Source: Okamejei kenojei (lineage: Eukaryota). Taken from it: a DNA stretch of 64,000 nt. How positions within the stretch are numbered: position 1 is the first letter of the stretch; each line of letters begins with the position of its first letter. The stretch lies in assembly GCA_035221665.1 (NCBI GenBank), contig CM069152.1:19840001-19904000 (forward strand). Reading direction: 5' to 3'. The notes beneath the pieces are model-generated. The model worked only from the letters and a program-made list of their open reading frames with translations. It made no database searches and was not told where the DNA came from. Of this stretch, positions 22,778-36,720 are shown in pieces. Position numbers and translations under genes: made by a program.

Positions 22778-24699
22778 TATGAGGAATGACCTGGGAACGG
22801 TCATCATTGCTTTTCACTCCATCCAAAATGCATCCTCAATCAGTGCACCTGAGGTAAGCAGCATTTCATGATCACATTCCTCGGCTTTCACCATCAGTCC
22901 TGCTTGCTGGGAATCTGTGCTGAGATATGGGGCTGTTACCCAGCCTCCCGCAGGACGTAGGTATTAGTGCCAGCAGCTAAAGAGTCTCACTGAGACAAAG
23001 ACTCCTGCACCTCAGACATGAATGGGTTTGTCCATTTTGTTTGGACATGATGGGGAGACAGGGCCAGGGTCTGTGGAGAGGAAAGCCAACAGTTTTTTCT
23101 GGACAGTAAGTGATGCAGCACAAAGAACTTTGCATGGTTAAGACTGCATACATTTCCGTCTGTATATAATCTGATCTGAGAGTATGAGGAGGAACACCTC
23201 AACTTGAAACGCTGTGTTTGGACGTGTTCCTGGCATGTAAATCTGATTGAACAAATCTCCTCTGTGTTCCTTTGTATTGCCTGGCCAATGCAAATGCTTC
23301 TGGGCAGCCATCCCATTGATACCACAGGATCTTGTGAAGGGCTTTCTGATACTGGAGTAAATATAAAAGATGCAAGATAAATGCGAGTGTATTACACAGA
23401 AGTGAAAAGCCCAGTGATCGTATTGAGGTTTAAAGCCTCTGAATGTTGGTTATTGAGTGCTGGCTGTAGCATTGAGATAAGCTGTCCTACATTGATCGCT
23501 AAGTATTGATTTAGGGAATAGGTAATAGGCTCATTCGCATGCCTGGTCCATACATTATCTTTGGTGTTCACTGAAAGGTAAATGAATTCTGAAATAAGTA
23601 CTATTCCTTTAACTGCAAGTTAGATTCTGAGGTAGTTTGAACTACCCTCAGCTCACCTCACATACATAGACCTACAGCATATCAATGGAGAGAATATAAC
23701 TTATTTTCTTTGTCCTGATCTTTCGAGCTGTTGGATTGCTTGCAAGTTTATAGCTAAGCGCTTCTGTGATACTAAAGATGAGATGAACTACTTTCAACTG
23801 GGATCATTCAGGGAAACCCGCCTTCCTTAAGTTGCCTTCTGCTTTATGTTCTATCACAGAGCAGCCCTACCTATTTATATTCAGCCAAGATTATAAATTA
23901 CAATGACTTCCTCAGCTATCCTCAGAAAAATCCTAGGTTGCATTCTCGTTTTGCCCAGTGCTGCATGTCTCACATTGCAAGAACATGCAGACAGCAATAC
24001 ATTTTTGACTGTTTCAGAAGAGTATGCAAGGGATGAATGTTGTCCCAAGGCAGCCAAGATTTGGGACTTGACCTGTTCTTTTTCCAACTCTTAAGGTAAT
24101 CTCTAGTTCAGGAAACAGTGCAAAATGGGAAATAACAATTTGATTGCCCATTTTACACTCCCTCTGATTATCATCATAAGTGATTAATCAATTTGCTATT
24201 TAATGACTATGCCATTTCTTGTTCTAAAATTACCAAATACTTCTCCACATTAAATCTCATCCAACAGCCATCTACCTAAACCATGAATTCATATCACCCT
24301 GAGATCATCAGCAGTTCTCTAAATGGTTCACCATGTTCTCTAATTTGTGTGCTCTGAATATATTTCCCTTTCTATCTGACTCTAGTTCATCCAGAAAGGA
24401 TTGGCAGCCCCAACACTGGTCCTGGGTGTCAGCAATGATTCTACACCCGTGTGGTCTGAAAAACAACCTCTCCTCTTCCATCGCACCAGTTACAGTACTT
24501 TAAGGAGGCATTGGTTTCAATCTGAAATATTCTGTATTGTTTGGGATCAGTGATTATCACTGGACTGTGCATCGATTAGCCAGCTCCTGACGTAGGAAAC
24601 CTTAGCCCCTGCCCCAGCTACTTCCTTTAGGCTTTCTGCTCTACCTGTTACGTGATTGCCCCCTCACCAGCCCAGCTGTCAGCCAGTCAGCAAACAGTG

Positions 24700-25010
24700 C
24701 TCGCTCACCACTGGTGCCCTGCCTCACAGTAACAGCGACACATGTTCAATCCTGACCTTGGCTGCTGTCTGCTCACAGTTTGTACTTACTCTCTATGGCT
24801 GCTTGAGTTTCCACCTGGTGTTCTGGGCTCCTCTTACATCCCAAAGACGTTCAGGTTGGTCGGTCACTTGGCCATTGTAAATTGCCTCTAGTGCAAGTGG
24901 ATAGTGGAATCTAGGGGGAGGAGATGGGAATTTGGGGAGAATAAGTGACCGAGTAAATGAGTAGAGAATGGGTTTGCGCTATGAGATTGGATGGGCCAAA
25001 TGGCCACTTC
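24700..25010 (+). mobile_element. Degenerate HE1-like SINE
   Basis: TGCCTCACAG...GTTCAATCCTGACCTTGG...CATCCCAAAGACGT...GTAAATTGCC. Confidence 0.7.
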
Positions 25011-25419
25011 TATGTCATAGTGATATATGGAATGTTGGAAGGGGGGTTTGCAGAACTAAATGAAGATGAGCCCTTTAGTGGAACTAATGATGGTTTGCAT
25101 TGAAGTGGTCCATGCTCCCATTTACCAGTGTCAAACACTGGCTGACTACAACAGCTGAAGGAGTCCGCCTGCTTCTTTGGAAGACGGTGCGGACCCATGT
25201 TCCTTGCTGGGGACCACACTACACTCAGGCAGTGGGCCTTGTAGTATTATGAATTGCAGTATTAGGAAGTCCAAAACCAAATTCATTCTGCTAGAGAGGA
25301 CAGGTTTACTCAAGGGCAGTTTTGCTTACATTTCTAAGACCCCAAGCGCCCATTAGGAGAATTATCTCCTTATATCTTGGTAGGATTCACATTCAACCTG
25401 GCACACAGAATTCTATCTG

Positions 25420-25900
25420 TTTAATCCTCAGCTCCCTTCTGCTCTTGCACTTCCAGCCTCCCCTCAACTGTACCTGAGCAGTTGCAAAAACTCCCAATAG
25501 CGGTGAGTTCCATTTCCCCTCTTTGGGTGGAAAGGTTTTGTCTGCATTCGCCGTTGGTGACAATCTTATATTGATGGCCTCTAGTTGTTCTCGTTCCCAC
25601 AGGGGGGAACAATCTCATCTTATCCACTCCATCACAACCTTTCGCGCGTTAAAACCCTTCGAAAGATCACCTCAAGAGAAAAAGACGGCGTGTTCATCAT
25701 CTCCTGCTGTTGTACCCTCACATCTCAGATAACATCCCTGTGAATCACCTCTGCAGTGTTTCTATTTCTTTTGTGCATGACAACCAAATTTGTACACAGT
25801 GCCGTGTGTGTGGTCTAAACAACGTACAATTTAGCTTTAGCACAACTTACCGACTTTTCAATTCCATTCCTTTCAAACTAAACCCCTGTGGCTGATCTGT
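25420..25900 (-). mobile_element. CR1/HER1 LINE 3' fragment
   Basis: Minus translation DKMRLFPPVGTRTTRGHQYKI is a CR1 C-terminal motif. Confidence 0.7.
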
Positions 25901-26034
25901 TTTATTAGTGTTCTTGCTGGCGTGCTAGAACCTTTATTGGTTGGCGTGCTCAGGCGAAGTTGCCAACAATCCCTGATTGTAGCAGACACTCTGTGTCACG
26001 TTGATTGTAAGGCACCAATTCTCCCAATCAGCTG

Positions 26035-26540
26035 ACATCACCCACAGCTCCAACACACACACCCCCACCCACAAACCCATCCGTAAAAGACCACCTTCAT
26101 CCACATCATCATCCCCAAACCCAACTGTAACCCTACCCTCAGCCACAATGTCACACCCAGGCACACCGCCGTCCACAAAACCAACTGTAACTGAACCCCA
26201 CCCACATTACGCACAACCAAAACGTCATCCCACCCCGGCAACATCCCAACCGCACCCACCCACCACTTCCCCACACCTTCGCACACACATCACCCACACC
26301 CTCAACCACAGTTTACCCACTGACCACCCATATGTCATCCATACCTCTACCCACCTTATCAACCATGCCCCACACACAACTCCACTCACACCAACAGTCA
26401 CGGCCCACAAACCACCCACAACTGCTCCAACTAGACACCCCACCAATAAACCCACAACCCATAGCCCACCTACAAGTCTGTCCATGACTCCATCCACAAT
26501 TGCTGCCACAACATCACCCATAACGTGTCCCATTCACAAA
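26035..26540. repeat. C/A-rich low-complexity tract
   Basis: Degenerate CCCACA-type repeats; explains the 219-aa Pro/Thr/His-rich ORF. Confidence 0.75.
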
Positions 26541-27344
26541 CATAGCTGGGAATCACTGAAAAGCTTGGGTAGGCTTTATGTACCTTTATGTTTTTATACC
26601 TGTGCAAGAAGCAGAAAAAAAAAGAACTATTTTTCGATTGGAACTGTCGGGCGAGAATAGTTCAGTGTCTGCTCTGCTTCAGCTGTCCTGGGTTCAAGAA
26701 CCAATCCAGAGGTGGTGAGCATTTCATTGAGGCCGCAAAGACAACTGAAAGCAGAGCCGTTGAGATCTCTCTGTTGTCCTGCACAATATTTATCCTTCTC
26801 CCCATTTCACTAAAAATACATAATCATTAGCACATCATTGTGTTTGATTTCCGGTATCACTATAATGTTCACAAAAGTTAACAGCTGTTCAATGAGGTGG
26901 TGGAAGACTGGAATTTAACAAATCTTCCTTTCAGCGCACAACTAATGTTGCAGATCATTGAAGGATTGCAATGGAATTCCTTGTCTGAAGTACCTCCTTC
27001 TCAAGTTTCTCCGTGTCTTTGATGTGGTTAAAATATTTCAGCAGGTGCAATGCTGTGGTATGTCAAGCATTCATTGCTAATTCTGATAGATTGAGCAGTA
27101 CACTTTAAAATGTAGCTCCTTCTTAAACAGAAACTCGTGTGCTCAGTAAATGGACTGTGTGACATTGGAAGCAAAATATTGATTCATGTTCCACAGTTAA
27201 AGGGAAGTGAAGTGTGTGACATTTTGAGCAATAAAGATCCATAGAGACTGGTTATTTCCACAAAGATACCATGACTTAAAGAGTGTAAGTTAGCGCAAGG
27301 TGGTATTGTGCATTAACCAGATAGATCTGATCATCTGATTATCA

Positions 27345-27457
27345 TGTCCGAACAAGGGTCTCGACCCGAAACGTCGCCCATTCCTTCTCTCCAGAGTTAA
27401 TCCAGCTTTTTGTGTCTATCTTCCGTTTAAACCAGCATCTGCAGTTCCTTCCTACAC
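27345..27457 (+). mobile_element. PLE pseudo-LTR terminal fragment
   Basis: AAGGGTCTCGACCCGAAACGTCGCCC...CAGCATCTGCAGTTCCTTCCTACAC; the hammerhead 5' core is mutated (CCGAACA). Confidence 0.8.
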
Positions 27458-27854
27458 AATTAAAAAATGAAAACAGGAACAATTTTGCCCAAGGATTGGA
27501 GAGAGAGGCTTCAATTGAAGCCTTGAAAACTGTTTCACAAAAAATGTCACTCAATTCATCCCCCTATAAATGGGAAACACAAATCAATATTTTACTTCCA
27601 AAGTTGGTCGTTGACCACAAGGGCTCCTATTTGCAACTCGGACAGGAGTGTCACTCCCTCAGCCTGGAGGCCATCTGCGCATGACATCTCCATCCTACAG
27701 GAGTCCTCACTGCCAGACACGTCCAGTGGGTGAAGGGAAGGATCTCTGCCCACTCACATCACCGCACTCTACAACCTCTGAAACAGAGAGAAGCACAAGC
27801 ATTAGCCTAGTGTTGGAAATTACCACAGATCACCAGAACAGAAGCTGATCGAGT

Positions 27855-28112
27855 TACAGAGAGGTACAGCACAGAAACACCGAGAGTACATGGTGACCAT
27901 CAAGCACCCATTTACACTAATTACATGAATTATTTCTTATTATTCTCCCCAGGGTCCCATCAGACTTTATCACTCTCCTAGACATTGTGGACCTTTGGGA
28001 TGTGGGAGGAAACCCACACAGTCACAGGGAGAGTGTGCAAACTCCACACAGACAGTGCCGGAAGTCAGGATTGAACCTGAGTCTCTGGCAATGTGAGGCA
28101 GCTGGCTCTGCT
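27855..28112 (-). mobile_element. HE1-like SINE
   Basis: GGGATGTGGGAGGAAACCCACACAGTCACAGGGAGAGTGTGCAAACTCCACACAGAC...GGATTGAACC. Confidence 0.75.
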
Positions 28113-30377
28113 AGATGGGATGGGACCACATTAGTTTTGGGGGGGGGGGGGGGGGGGGGGGGCTACAGAATGGACCAAGCAGTTGGCGAACCTTCATCAC
28201 TGTGAGACATAGAGTGCATAATTTATTTTCTAAAATTCAATCCCTTAAGGGGATGTGAATTTTGCTGGTAGTGTTGGCGCATATGATTCATCCCTAATTG
28301 CACCTGTGGAGGCTGTTAATTATTAGAATTAGAGGGACTGGGGTCACATACAGGCCAGACCAGGTAAATACGAAATATTTCCTTCCCTGAACAATGTTAG
28401 TGAACCATTGTGTTTTTAACCACATTTCCTGGTCACTGTTTCCGAGACTAATACAATTCCAGCTTCATTTAATGATGAGAATTTAAATTCTCAGCTGCCA
28501 CAGATGTCCCAGGAGCAGAGGTCCAGTATTCTATCTGTTGGAGCAGAAACATGATGGACTCCCAGTCAGACAGCTGATTTACATGGGAAACCTGCAAATT
28601 AAAGTTCCCCATTGCAAACTAACTGAACCACCCCGCACTCCAATACTTAACACCAACATAACACCCAATGATCAGTGGACAGAGGCCAAATAATGCACAC
28701 AATCTCCTCACACCTGACCGTGTGTCCAGTTGCATTGAATGAAGGAAACCCTGCTCCAATTATTGTAATAGCTCACTATGACATCTCTATATTTGCCATT
28801 AAGAAGCACTTCACTTAAAGTACTCTGCATAAAATACATCTCCACTTTGCGGGCTGAACACATTGATTCCATGGAATTTCTATCACATTTCTCCCCTTGT
28901 TGAGGTCCCACACTTGTGCAGGAGATAGCATTGACCAGCTCCTACCTATGGATGGCTGGGTAGATCTCCAGGGCCCTCGAAACAGGACCTCCCTGCTGGC
29001 CAGGCCATGCTTACCCATTTGAGTGACCGTGGGGGGGGGGGGGGGGGCTCTTCCATTCCAACAGAGCCACTGCAGTGTGGAGCAAAAGTTTGGGAAGGGA
29101 GGGATATCCCTGGTTTAGTGGTATGTTTCTGAGCATAAGCACGCTGACATAATTTCAAATTGGAGTTTGGCCAACTTTGGAATTACTTGTAGTGGTCCCA
29201 GAAAGGGTGTTTCTGTTTGCATGCCAAAAACTGGAGTAACCCAGGGCCCCAGCAAAGAAGTCTGTGGAAGGATATGGAAACACTTTGGATGAATTGGCAA
29301 AGATTCAGATTTACATTCGTTTTATTGTCATAAACATCAGGGTGCAATGAATTTCCTTGTTCAATTGATGCTCATATGGTAAACTGCATACAAAGTAACG
29401 ATAGGTACAGCGACAAAATAACAATGAGAAGGACAGATGGAGTTAAATGCAGGGAAGTATTAGAAATCCACAAGTACAAAAAAGTTTTCTATTTAAATTC
29501 TGTAAGACCATTAAAAGTTGGTGTTCGGAAAGATCTGCGTGTCCTCACATAAGAATCAAAGGTTCCTGGAAATTAGATTCACACTCTAGTCGTGCCAGAC
29601 CTTGCAGCTCTCTGGATCTCTGGATGAATTCCTGGGACTGGATAAGGAGGAACTGGGAGCAGCTGTGTTACTCATTGCACATAGGCTCCTATGGTGAAAA
29701 GGTCCCCGCTGTATTTACGGCAATTACCTGAAGGTGAATGAAGAGTTCTCCCGACAGCAGTTACAGTATGGTGGCAGAATAGGCTGCAATCAGGGTGAGG
29801 GGCGCACATAGTCTGCTGTGTCCCAGGCACTCCCTCAGTGCCATGGGCAGCCCCACACCTCTGCCAATTGTGGGCCGATTTAGACCAGTGATAGCAGCTT
29901 GCAGCTCAGACATGATCTGCACAAGGAGGAGGCGGTGGGTGGCGATAGCTCCGCGCATCCATGTCCCTCTGGCCGATCCTCAGTGCCGGAGATCTATATC
30001 GTGCAGCGAATCTTTCAATAATTGTCTCATTCAAGTGAGGTCAAATATCTTGTTGCATGCAAAAGTACATTAAGGTACAGATACAATGAAAACCTTATTA
30101 CAGCAGCTTCACAGGCACATAGATGTAGACAACACACAAAAACCTCAATTATACAAAAAAGACACATAAATTCTACAAGGCAGTGTCGAGAAAAGACTGC
30201 AACAAACAAAGGCATTAGTGCAAAACACAATTAGAAACCAGGTTCATGGTAGTGTAAGAGGCAGGATTAGAGGATTAGTCTCATTAGTGCTCCCAGGACT
30301 GAAGCTTGGTGGCTGACACTATTTAAATGTTGGGATGAGCACTTGAATTAGTTACAGTGAGACGACGAGAGAACCAA

Positions 30378-30685
30378 GTTTAGTTTAGTTTTAGGATATA
30401 GCATAGAAACAGGTCCTTTAGCCCATGAGTCCAAACTGACCATCGATCATCCGTTCTCACTAGTTCTGTGTTATCCCACTAGTACATCCACTCCCTACAC
30501 GTCAGGAGTAATTTACAGAGGCCACTTTGTAACGTCTTTGGGAGGAGCAAGGAGACCGGAGTCCGCGGAGGAAACCACGTGATCACACGTGCAAACTCCA
30601 TGCAGACAGCACCCAAGGTCACAATCGAACCCGGGTCCCTGGCGTTGTGAGTCAGCACTTTATTATCTGGGCCACTGTGCCACCC
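30378..30685 (-). mobile_element. HE1-like SINE
   Basis: (GTTTA)n tail, GAAACAGGTCCTTTAGCCCA, reversed B-box ATCGAACCCGGG. Confidence 0.8.
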
Positions 30686-30849
30686 AACAAAGGGGTTAAT
30701 GCAGAGAGGTGCCCATCGATTGGTGTGAACATTTGGCTAAATTCTGTGCAATTGCATGATTTCACGAGAAGAAGGAAGATTGTGCAAAATAGGCCCATCG
30801 CCTTTGAACTTTGAAAAAAATAAGATAGAATCTCATTCTAATTTATCAG

Positions 30850-31710
30850 CTTGTGAGGAAACCTGACAGGGTAGATGGTAGATGAGGTGAGGATGTTTTG
30901 CTTGTGGGGGATTCCGAGAATTGGGGGAGGAGGGGGGTGAGTGGCTCGGGATAAAGGGCCTCCTATCGAAGATGGACATGATGAAAAAATTCTTCTCGCA
31001 GAGAGTTTTGAAATTCGGTGTCTCAGATACCTGTGAATGTGAACCGCATTGTATTCAAGGATGAGGTAAATGTGAAAGATGCAGGAAATCAATGGGAGGA
31101 AAGTGGAGCTGAGGCTAAGTTCAGGTCAGCCATGTCCACATCGAACGGTAGTGCAGGCTCCGGGGACTGCTTGATGTATTCCAGCTCCGACTTCTTCTGT
31201 TTTTATTTAAAAAAACTCTGGATAGAGTCTGCTCGGAGCACTACCTTCAATTGTGCCTTTGAGGGAGTTCATTGCAGGTTCGCCAGAAGGACTAAAGTGC
31301 AAAGACAGGTAGATAGATTCATCATGTTTGCGGGAATGTGGAGGATTTCAGGCTGATGCAACTTGGGTGTTCCAAATGGTGAAATGATGTGACAGGGATG
31401 GAAATAGAGAGCAGCTCTTATCCCTGGAGAGGCAACCTAGTGCAAAGGAGGCATAACCTTAAAGCCAGCGCCAGACACTACACTGTGATATCAGGAAACA
31501 TCCTTTCACAAGAAAGGAATGAATATCTCTGACCTATGCTTCTTACAAAAACCTTGAGGCTGATGGAAAAATTGAAACTGAGATTGCTGGATTTTTGATA
31601 GGCAAGCATATGACGAATTACAGAGGCAAGGTAGCTGGATGGAAATGAGAAAAACAAAACAATTTGTTTGGGTGTCTGAGTTATGGTCGGGCTGAATGGC
31701 CTGCTCCTTT
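30850..31710 (+). mobile_element. Two decayed CR1-type LINE 3' fragments
   Basis: Similar to the CR1 3' ends elsewhere in the window (GACAGGGTAGATG...; GGGCTGAATGGCCTGCTCC tail). Confidence 0.55.
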
Positions 31711-32749
31711 AACCAGATCCCAGTTCTGTGCAAGCGAATGATTAGCTCAGAAGATTACTGGAGTATTATTGCTGGTTAAGAGAGGGGGGGTTGACTCCCT
31801 CTTGCTTTAAAATGGACACAACGGCTTGAACGTATCCTTCATTGTAAAATTAGGTGTCAGGTCAGCTTCAAATTGTACATTCTTCAAAAAAAAGGTGTTT
31901 CAGGGAAATAGTGGAGCCCACTGTCCATGTTGTTGAATAAGTGGGCATTTTCCTGCTTGGGGCAGCCTTATAGTTCAAAAGTACACGATTATGAGAGAGC
32001 TACACAGGTTGTCCAGGCTGGTGATATGAATCAAACACCAGCTGGCTAGCTGCATTGTATTAGTGATTTATGACCTCCCCACTCAGCAGTGAAATGGCCA
32101 TTAGTAATATTCCAATACCAGGGATGATGCATGCTGCTGCAATCTTGTTTTCAGTGCCTGGGAGATCTTTCCCATCTCTTTTCTGACCTCCATGGTCACC
32201 TCGTTCCCTCCGCACTGCTAATAACAGCGTTCCAATACCTCTTCCTCAACCGAGAACATTGGAAAGGAATCCCCAGGGGTGAGTTACAGGACAGAATCTC
32301 AATGAAGGTTTTATCAGGGTAAAGTGTTCAATTTAACCCAACTGGTTACTTGTTTGAAAAAGAGTGGAAGTGAGAGCGACAGCTGAAGAAAATAATTCAA
32401 TTGCACTAAGGAAGGAAAGACAGAAATTCCATTTGTTTTTAAAACTCCCTTCCCCCTTTTGTCAGTGGTGTCCTGGATGAGGGAAAGGGGCAGGCAATCA
32501 GAGAACAGTTACTGAGTTACAGAGAAGAGCTTGCCACAGTTTGATCCCTTGAATTGCAGTCTAATTCTTTTTTTTTGGAAAAACGGGTGATTCAATAAGT
32601 GCCTTGAGCCTACTTAACCATTTAATGGCCAATCTGTACATCAGTTCTACATCCCAGCCAAGCCATCCCACCCAATAAGCATCTATTGGTGACAGTCTTC
32701 AGAGTAACAGATAATAGCCACCATTCACTGCCATTTGCGTAGTGAGCTC

Positions 32750-33040
32750 CAACAGATGGTAGAGCTGCTGCCTCACATCGCCAGAGATCCTGGTTCAATC
32801 CTGACCTTGGGAGTTTTCTGTGTGCAGTTTGATGCTCTCCATGTGTCCAGGTGGATTTCTTCTCGGTGCTCTAGTTTCCTCCCACATCCCAAAGACGTGC
32901 GGGTTTATAGATTACTTGGTCCCTGTAAATTGTTCCAAGGAGTGGATGCGAGAGTGGGATAGCGTAAAACGAGTGTGAATGGTGAACGCTTGGTTGGTGT
33001 GGCTCTGCGGGTGAAAGGCCTGTTCCAAGCTGTATTTTTT
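32750..33040 (+). mobile_element. HE1-like SINE
   Basis: GGTAGAGCTGCTGCCTCAC...GGTTCAATCCTGACC...CCCACATCCCAAAGACGTGCGGG...GGCCTGTTCC. Confidence 0.8.
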
Positions 33041-34599
33041 CAATCAATTCGATCAATCTGCTCCCCTTCACACGAAAGATGCCAAAACATGTCTCTGAAC
33101 CCGTCAGGAAAAAATCCACACATTTAGAGCATATCGCTCAGCAAGGAATCAGCTGATTCACAACTCTGTGGCGGAAGTGTAAGGTGGGGAGGTGGATTTT
33201 TATCACAGGGAATTTTCATTTGAATGAAAAGAAGAAAAGAGTTCATGAAATCATTCATATATGAAGCCAAAGCAAAGGTCAGGAGCAGTAAATGAATTAC
33301 TGACACTTTAGTAGAGAAAACCTGTCTCTTGGGGTTAAAAACTGGAGAAATATATTTTAATAAAGGATGGACATGTGTAAACATAACCTCAGGAAAAATA
33401 ACACTGTTTATGCAATTTGTGCTGGGTCTGGTCGGGAGGACAAGGGGATACTCACAAACTAGGTGAGCCTATTGAGTGTTATTTCCTGACCTGATGCTGA
33501 GCATTATTGTGTCGCTTGCTTGTATCATGCAGCCTGCAACATTTGCTTGCTGGAAGACCACTACATTTTGGGAAGAGTAAGCTACATCCTGAATCAACTT
33601 GACGATACTCCAGCAGCACGGAGTGTGTATCCCGTAGATGACAGAATCCTGTATTACAATGCTGCTCGGAACGAACCTTGGCTAAGACCACAGCATCTTG
33701 TCCAAACAGTCTTGGCCAACAAGCAGTTCACAAGGAGTCAGATAACCTGCTCATCCACTATGCAGACACCTTGAGGCAGGTGCCAAGGGGTTGAGACCTT
33801 GCCTGTGCTGACAGGGAAGTCCCCTCTCACATCTAGCCATACGAGATCCTGGTGCTCATTCTGGCAATGAGGCATTCTCCCAATTCACTTTGACAGTCCA
33901 CTCAGGGGACCATCATGCAGAATCCACTGCTGAGGTTCTGTAGGGCCCTGCCTCTGCTTGGCACTGAGGTGTAGCACTGACTGTTTCACTGCACAGATGT
34001 AATGCTGGGCATGTAATGACTTGTTTGGTACAAGGACTATAGACAATCAGAGAGATGTCCAATTGCAGTTACACCAGGGGTTATGATATAGAGACTTTCA
34101 GACACAATATCAAAGTTATTTTCTTCCGCAGGATTTTCAATAATAAAGATCTTTCTAATAGCTATAAATTTAGTTTCATTACTGCAAGCTAAAAATATAA
34201 AAGGTTGCACATTATTTAATGGAATATCTTTACACAATTGTCAATAGAAGCAATAGCTAGTCAATTTCCAGGGCCACCCCTGGTGAAACTGTGTTTTTAG
34301 GAGATAATTGCATCTGATTACTGTTGGTGGAGGTTACCTGAAAACTTTTCTTTTTCCTGCACTGTTTTTCTGTTTGCAAGACAACTTTTCTCATTCTTGT
34401 CAATTTCCCAAATCACTCTAAAGTAGTTCTCTACTTCTTGATCAAAATCACGTTACAACCAATTCGGTCTGCATTATGTGTTTCCTAATTCGTCGATCAT
34501 GTTATATCTAATTCATGGTATGAAAATGTACATTATAGCAGAACTACATGTATGGGGAAAAAACAAGAAATCCTTCAGTGGGAGGTTGCAGGCCATGGA

Positions 34600-35400
34600 G
34601 CCATTCTGGAATCATGTTAGATAAGGTGTATGCGACAGGTCACATCAGGCAAACAATGACTAAAGGATGAATCTTTTCTGAAAACTTATCTGAATACCAT
34701 TGGTATAATAGTATTAGCTGCTGTGGGATGACGGTGGGATGACGAAGCTAGGTGGTCAGCAAAGAATCAAGGGAGTCTCAAGGAATTAGTGGTGTGAATG
34801 TACAGTCAGTGGTGGGGGAAATTGGATAGCAGTAATTGAGAAAGGTAACAGACCAGATGGTCCCTATATCTCAATGACAAAGACATTTTCCTAGAGGATA
34901 CCAGGATACATGCTCCTTGCACTTGTTAATGGAGGTCATTCTAGAGGTAATGTGAGAGGGCTTTATGCGGATAGCTTACATTAACATAATGGAGTAGGTG
35001 TTGTCATCCCATTGCAGGGTCACCCTGGAACAGTGAACAGTAGTGGATGAGGTAAGGTCCAATAGAATCAGATACACCTGCATCTGCTGGTGAATCGGCA
35101 ATCCAATCTTTTGGTCAACAACCTGTCAACCTAAGCAAGCAGAATGAGTGCTGTGCCAGGGTGGGTGGTCAGGGTTGGAAAGTGCAGTGGTTTATAATGG
35201 GGGTTTAAGACTTCAGAGGTGCAGGCAAGGGCTTGGTGAGGAGATCAGTGGCTGTGGAAGTGTGGTGATAAGTGGGGCACCAGCGACTGGACAACTGAGA
35301 TTTCAGAAGGGCTGCGGTAATTGAATCTTCCCGGGGCAGAGTACACAGAGCTGGGACGGGAGAGGCAATGTGGGCATAGAACAATGCCAGCATGTGACAG
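34600..35400 (-). mobile_element. Possible very old L2-like LINE reverse-transcriptase remnant
   Basis: Minus translation near 35050-35075 gives LILLDLTSS, resembling the L2 motif LILLDLSAAFD; otherwise highly decayed. Confidence 0.35.
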
Positions 35401-36399
35401 GGATGGCTTCATCCATGACATTGAAAGTAGCTAGGTAACATGAGAGCTCAACGTCAAAGAGAACACAGGCTGACAAGTTTACAGGGAGGGAGAGATTGAA
35501 GGCAAGTGGTGAACACGGAGAACGAGCAGCGAGTGAATTGAACTGGAGGTTGAAATTACCAGAGATGTGAAGTAGCTTAATCGAAAGGCTGAGGGTGGAA
35601 AGCAGTGAAGATAGCTTAATAAGAAAATTATTATTGTACTCGGGTGGGCGGAAGGAAGCGACAATTTTAAATGAGAGGAAAGAAGAATGGAATTGGGTGA
35701 GTTGCTCAAAGGAGGAGAAAGTGCCAGAAGAGTAGGAGGACAGACAGAGGCTGATTTTCTAAGTCGAGCTTCACTCCTACAGCAACGATCTGGGAGAGGC
35801 AAAGGGGGGGGGGATGCATCTCTTTGGGGGTTAGAGTCATCACTGTGATCCACAGTAGCAGTGTCTCATCCACAATAATCACATTGGCTGGGAACTGTTC
35901 TCTCAGTGGGAGGGATGTGGTAAAGGGATGGTGATAGCTGACCCACAGGCAGGGTCCACTCAGGTGGGGGCGGGCAAAGAGAATTGGGCAAGAAGGAGAT
36001 TGACGAGTTCAACTGAAATGACTGCTGTTATCTCAACGCTTCCCACAGTGCAGGTTCAAGACCTTTCCTCTGAGCAAGAGGAACATATTCTGTGTGCCGA
36101 CCTACTCTGCTTCACTTCTTGCTGCTGTTGCAGCTCTGACTGTGTCTGTTCCAGCAGAAGGCAAGGACGTGAGACAAATGCATTTAGTTCTGTATAAACA
36201 TCACCTCTTCACCACGTAAACACTTCAGCTTTTATTCCAACATAGTTGATGCAAATTATACAACCTATTTTGCATTCATACAGCCCTGCTAACACAGTCG
36301 TGCACCCGTGAGCATAGGGGTAGCATTAAACACGAGTCAGACAGCAAGCTGAAGGAGGAGGCAAAGCTTTGGTGTCAGAGGAAGGTCTGAAAGCACGGT

Positions 36400-36720
36400 C
36401 ACAAACACTCACATAGGGGCATGCACAGATGCACACCAACACATGTGCATATGCAGACACATGCGTGCAGATATACTCCTATACTCAGAAGTGCACAAAA
36501 ACAGGCACAAACATCACACACAAACACTCACATACATGTACAAAGGTGCAGATGCAGGCACACAGACACATGCAGGCAGGTACAGACATGCTTATCCACA
36601 CAAAGACAGACAGACAGATTTTTAGACACACGTACTAACACACAAATAACAACACGCAAACTGACGATGCAGACACACATCTACACAGGCACAGAAGCAG
36701 TCACACTCACAGATACCACC
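36400..36720. repeat. Degenerate (CA)n-rich tract
   Basis: Alternating CA/purine-pyrimidine composition; source of spurious Thr/His ORFs. Confidence 0.75.

Noticed and set aside
26001-26660. 219-aa mucin-like ORF
   Set aside because: Arises from a C/A-rich low-complexity tract that lacks stops by composition; no domain or splice support.
33520-33774. 84-aa ORF with protein-like composition
   Set aside because: Non-ATG start, no recognisable motif and no convincing splice sites; a homology search is needed to rescue it.
36102-36189. Possible minus-strand exon (LLLEQTQSELQQQQEVKQS)
   Set aside because: Weak acceptor tract and donor, no recognisable family, no partner exons.
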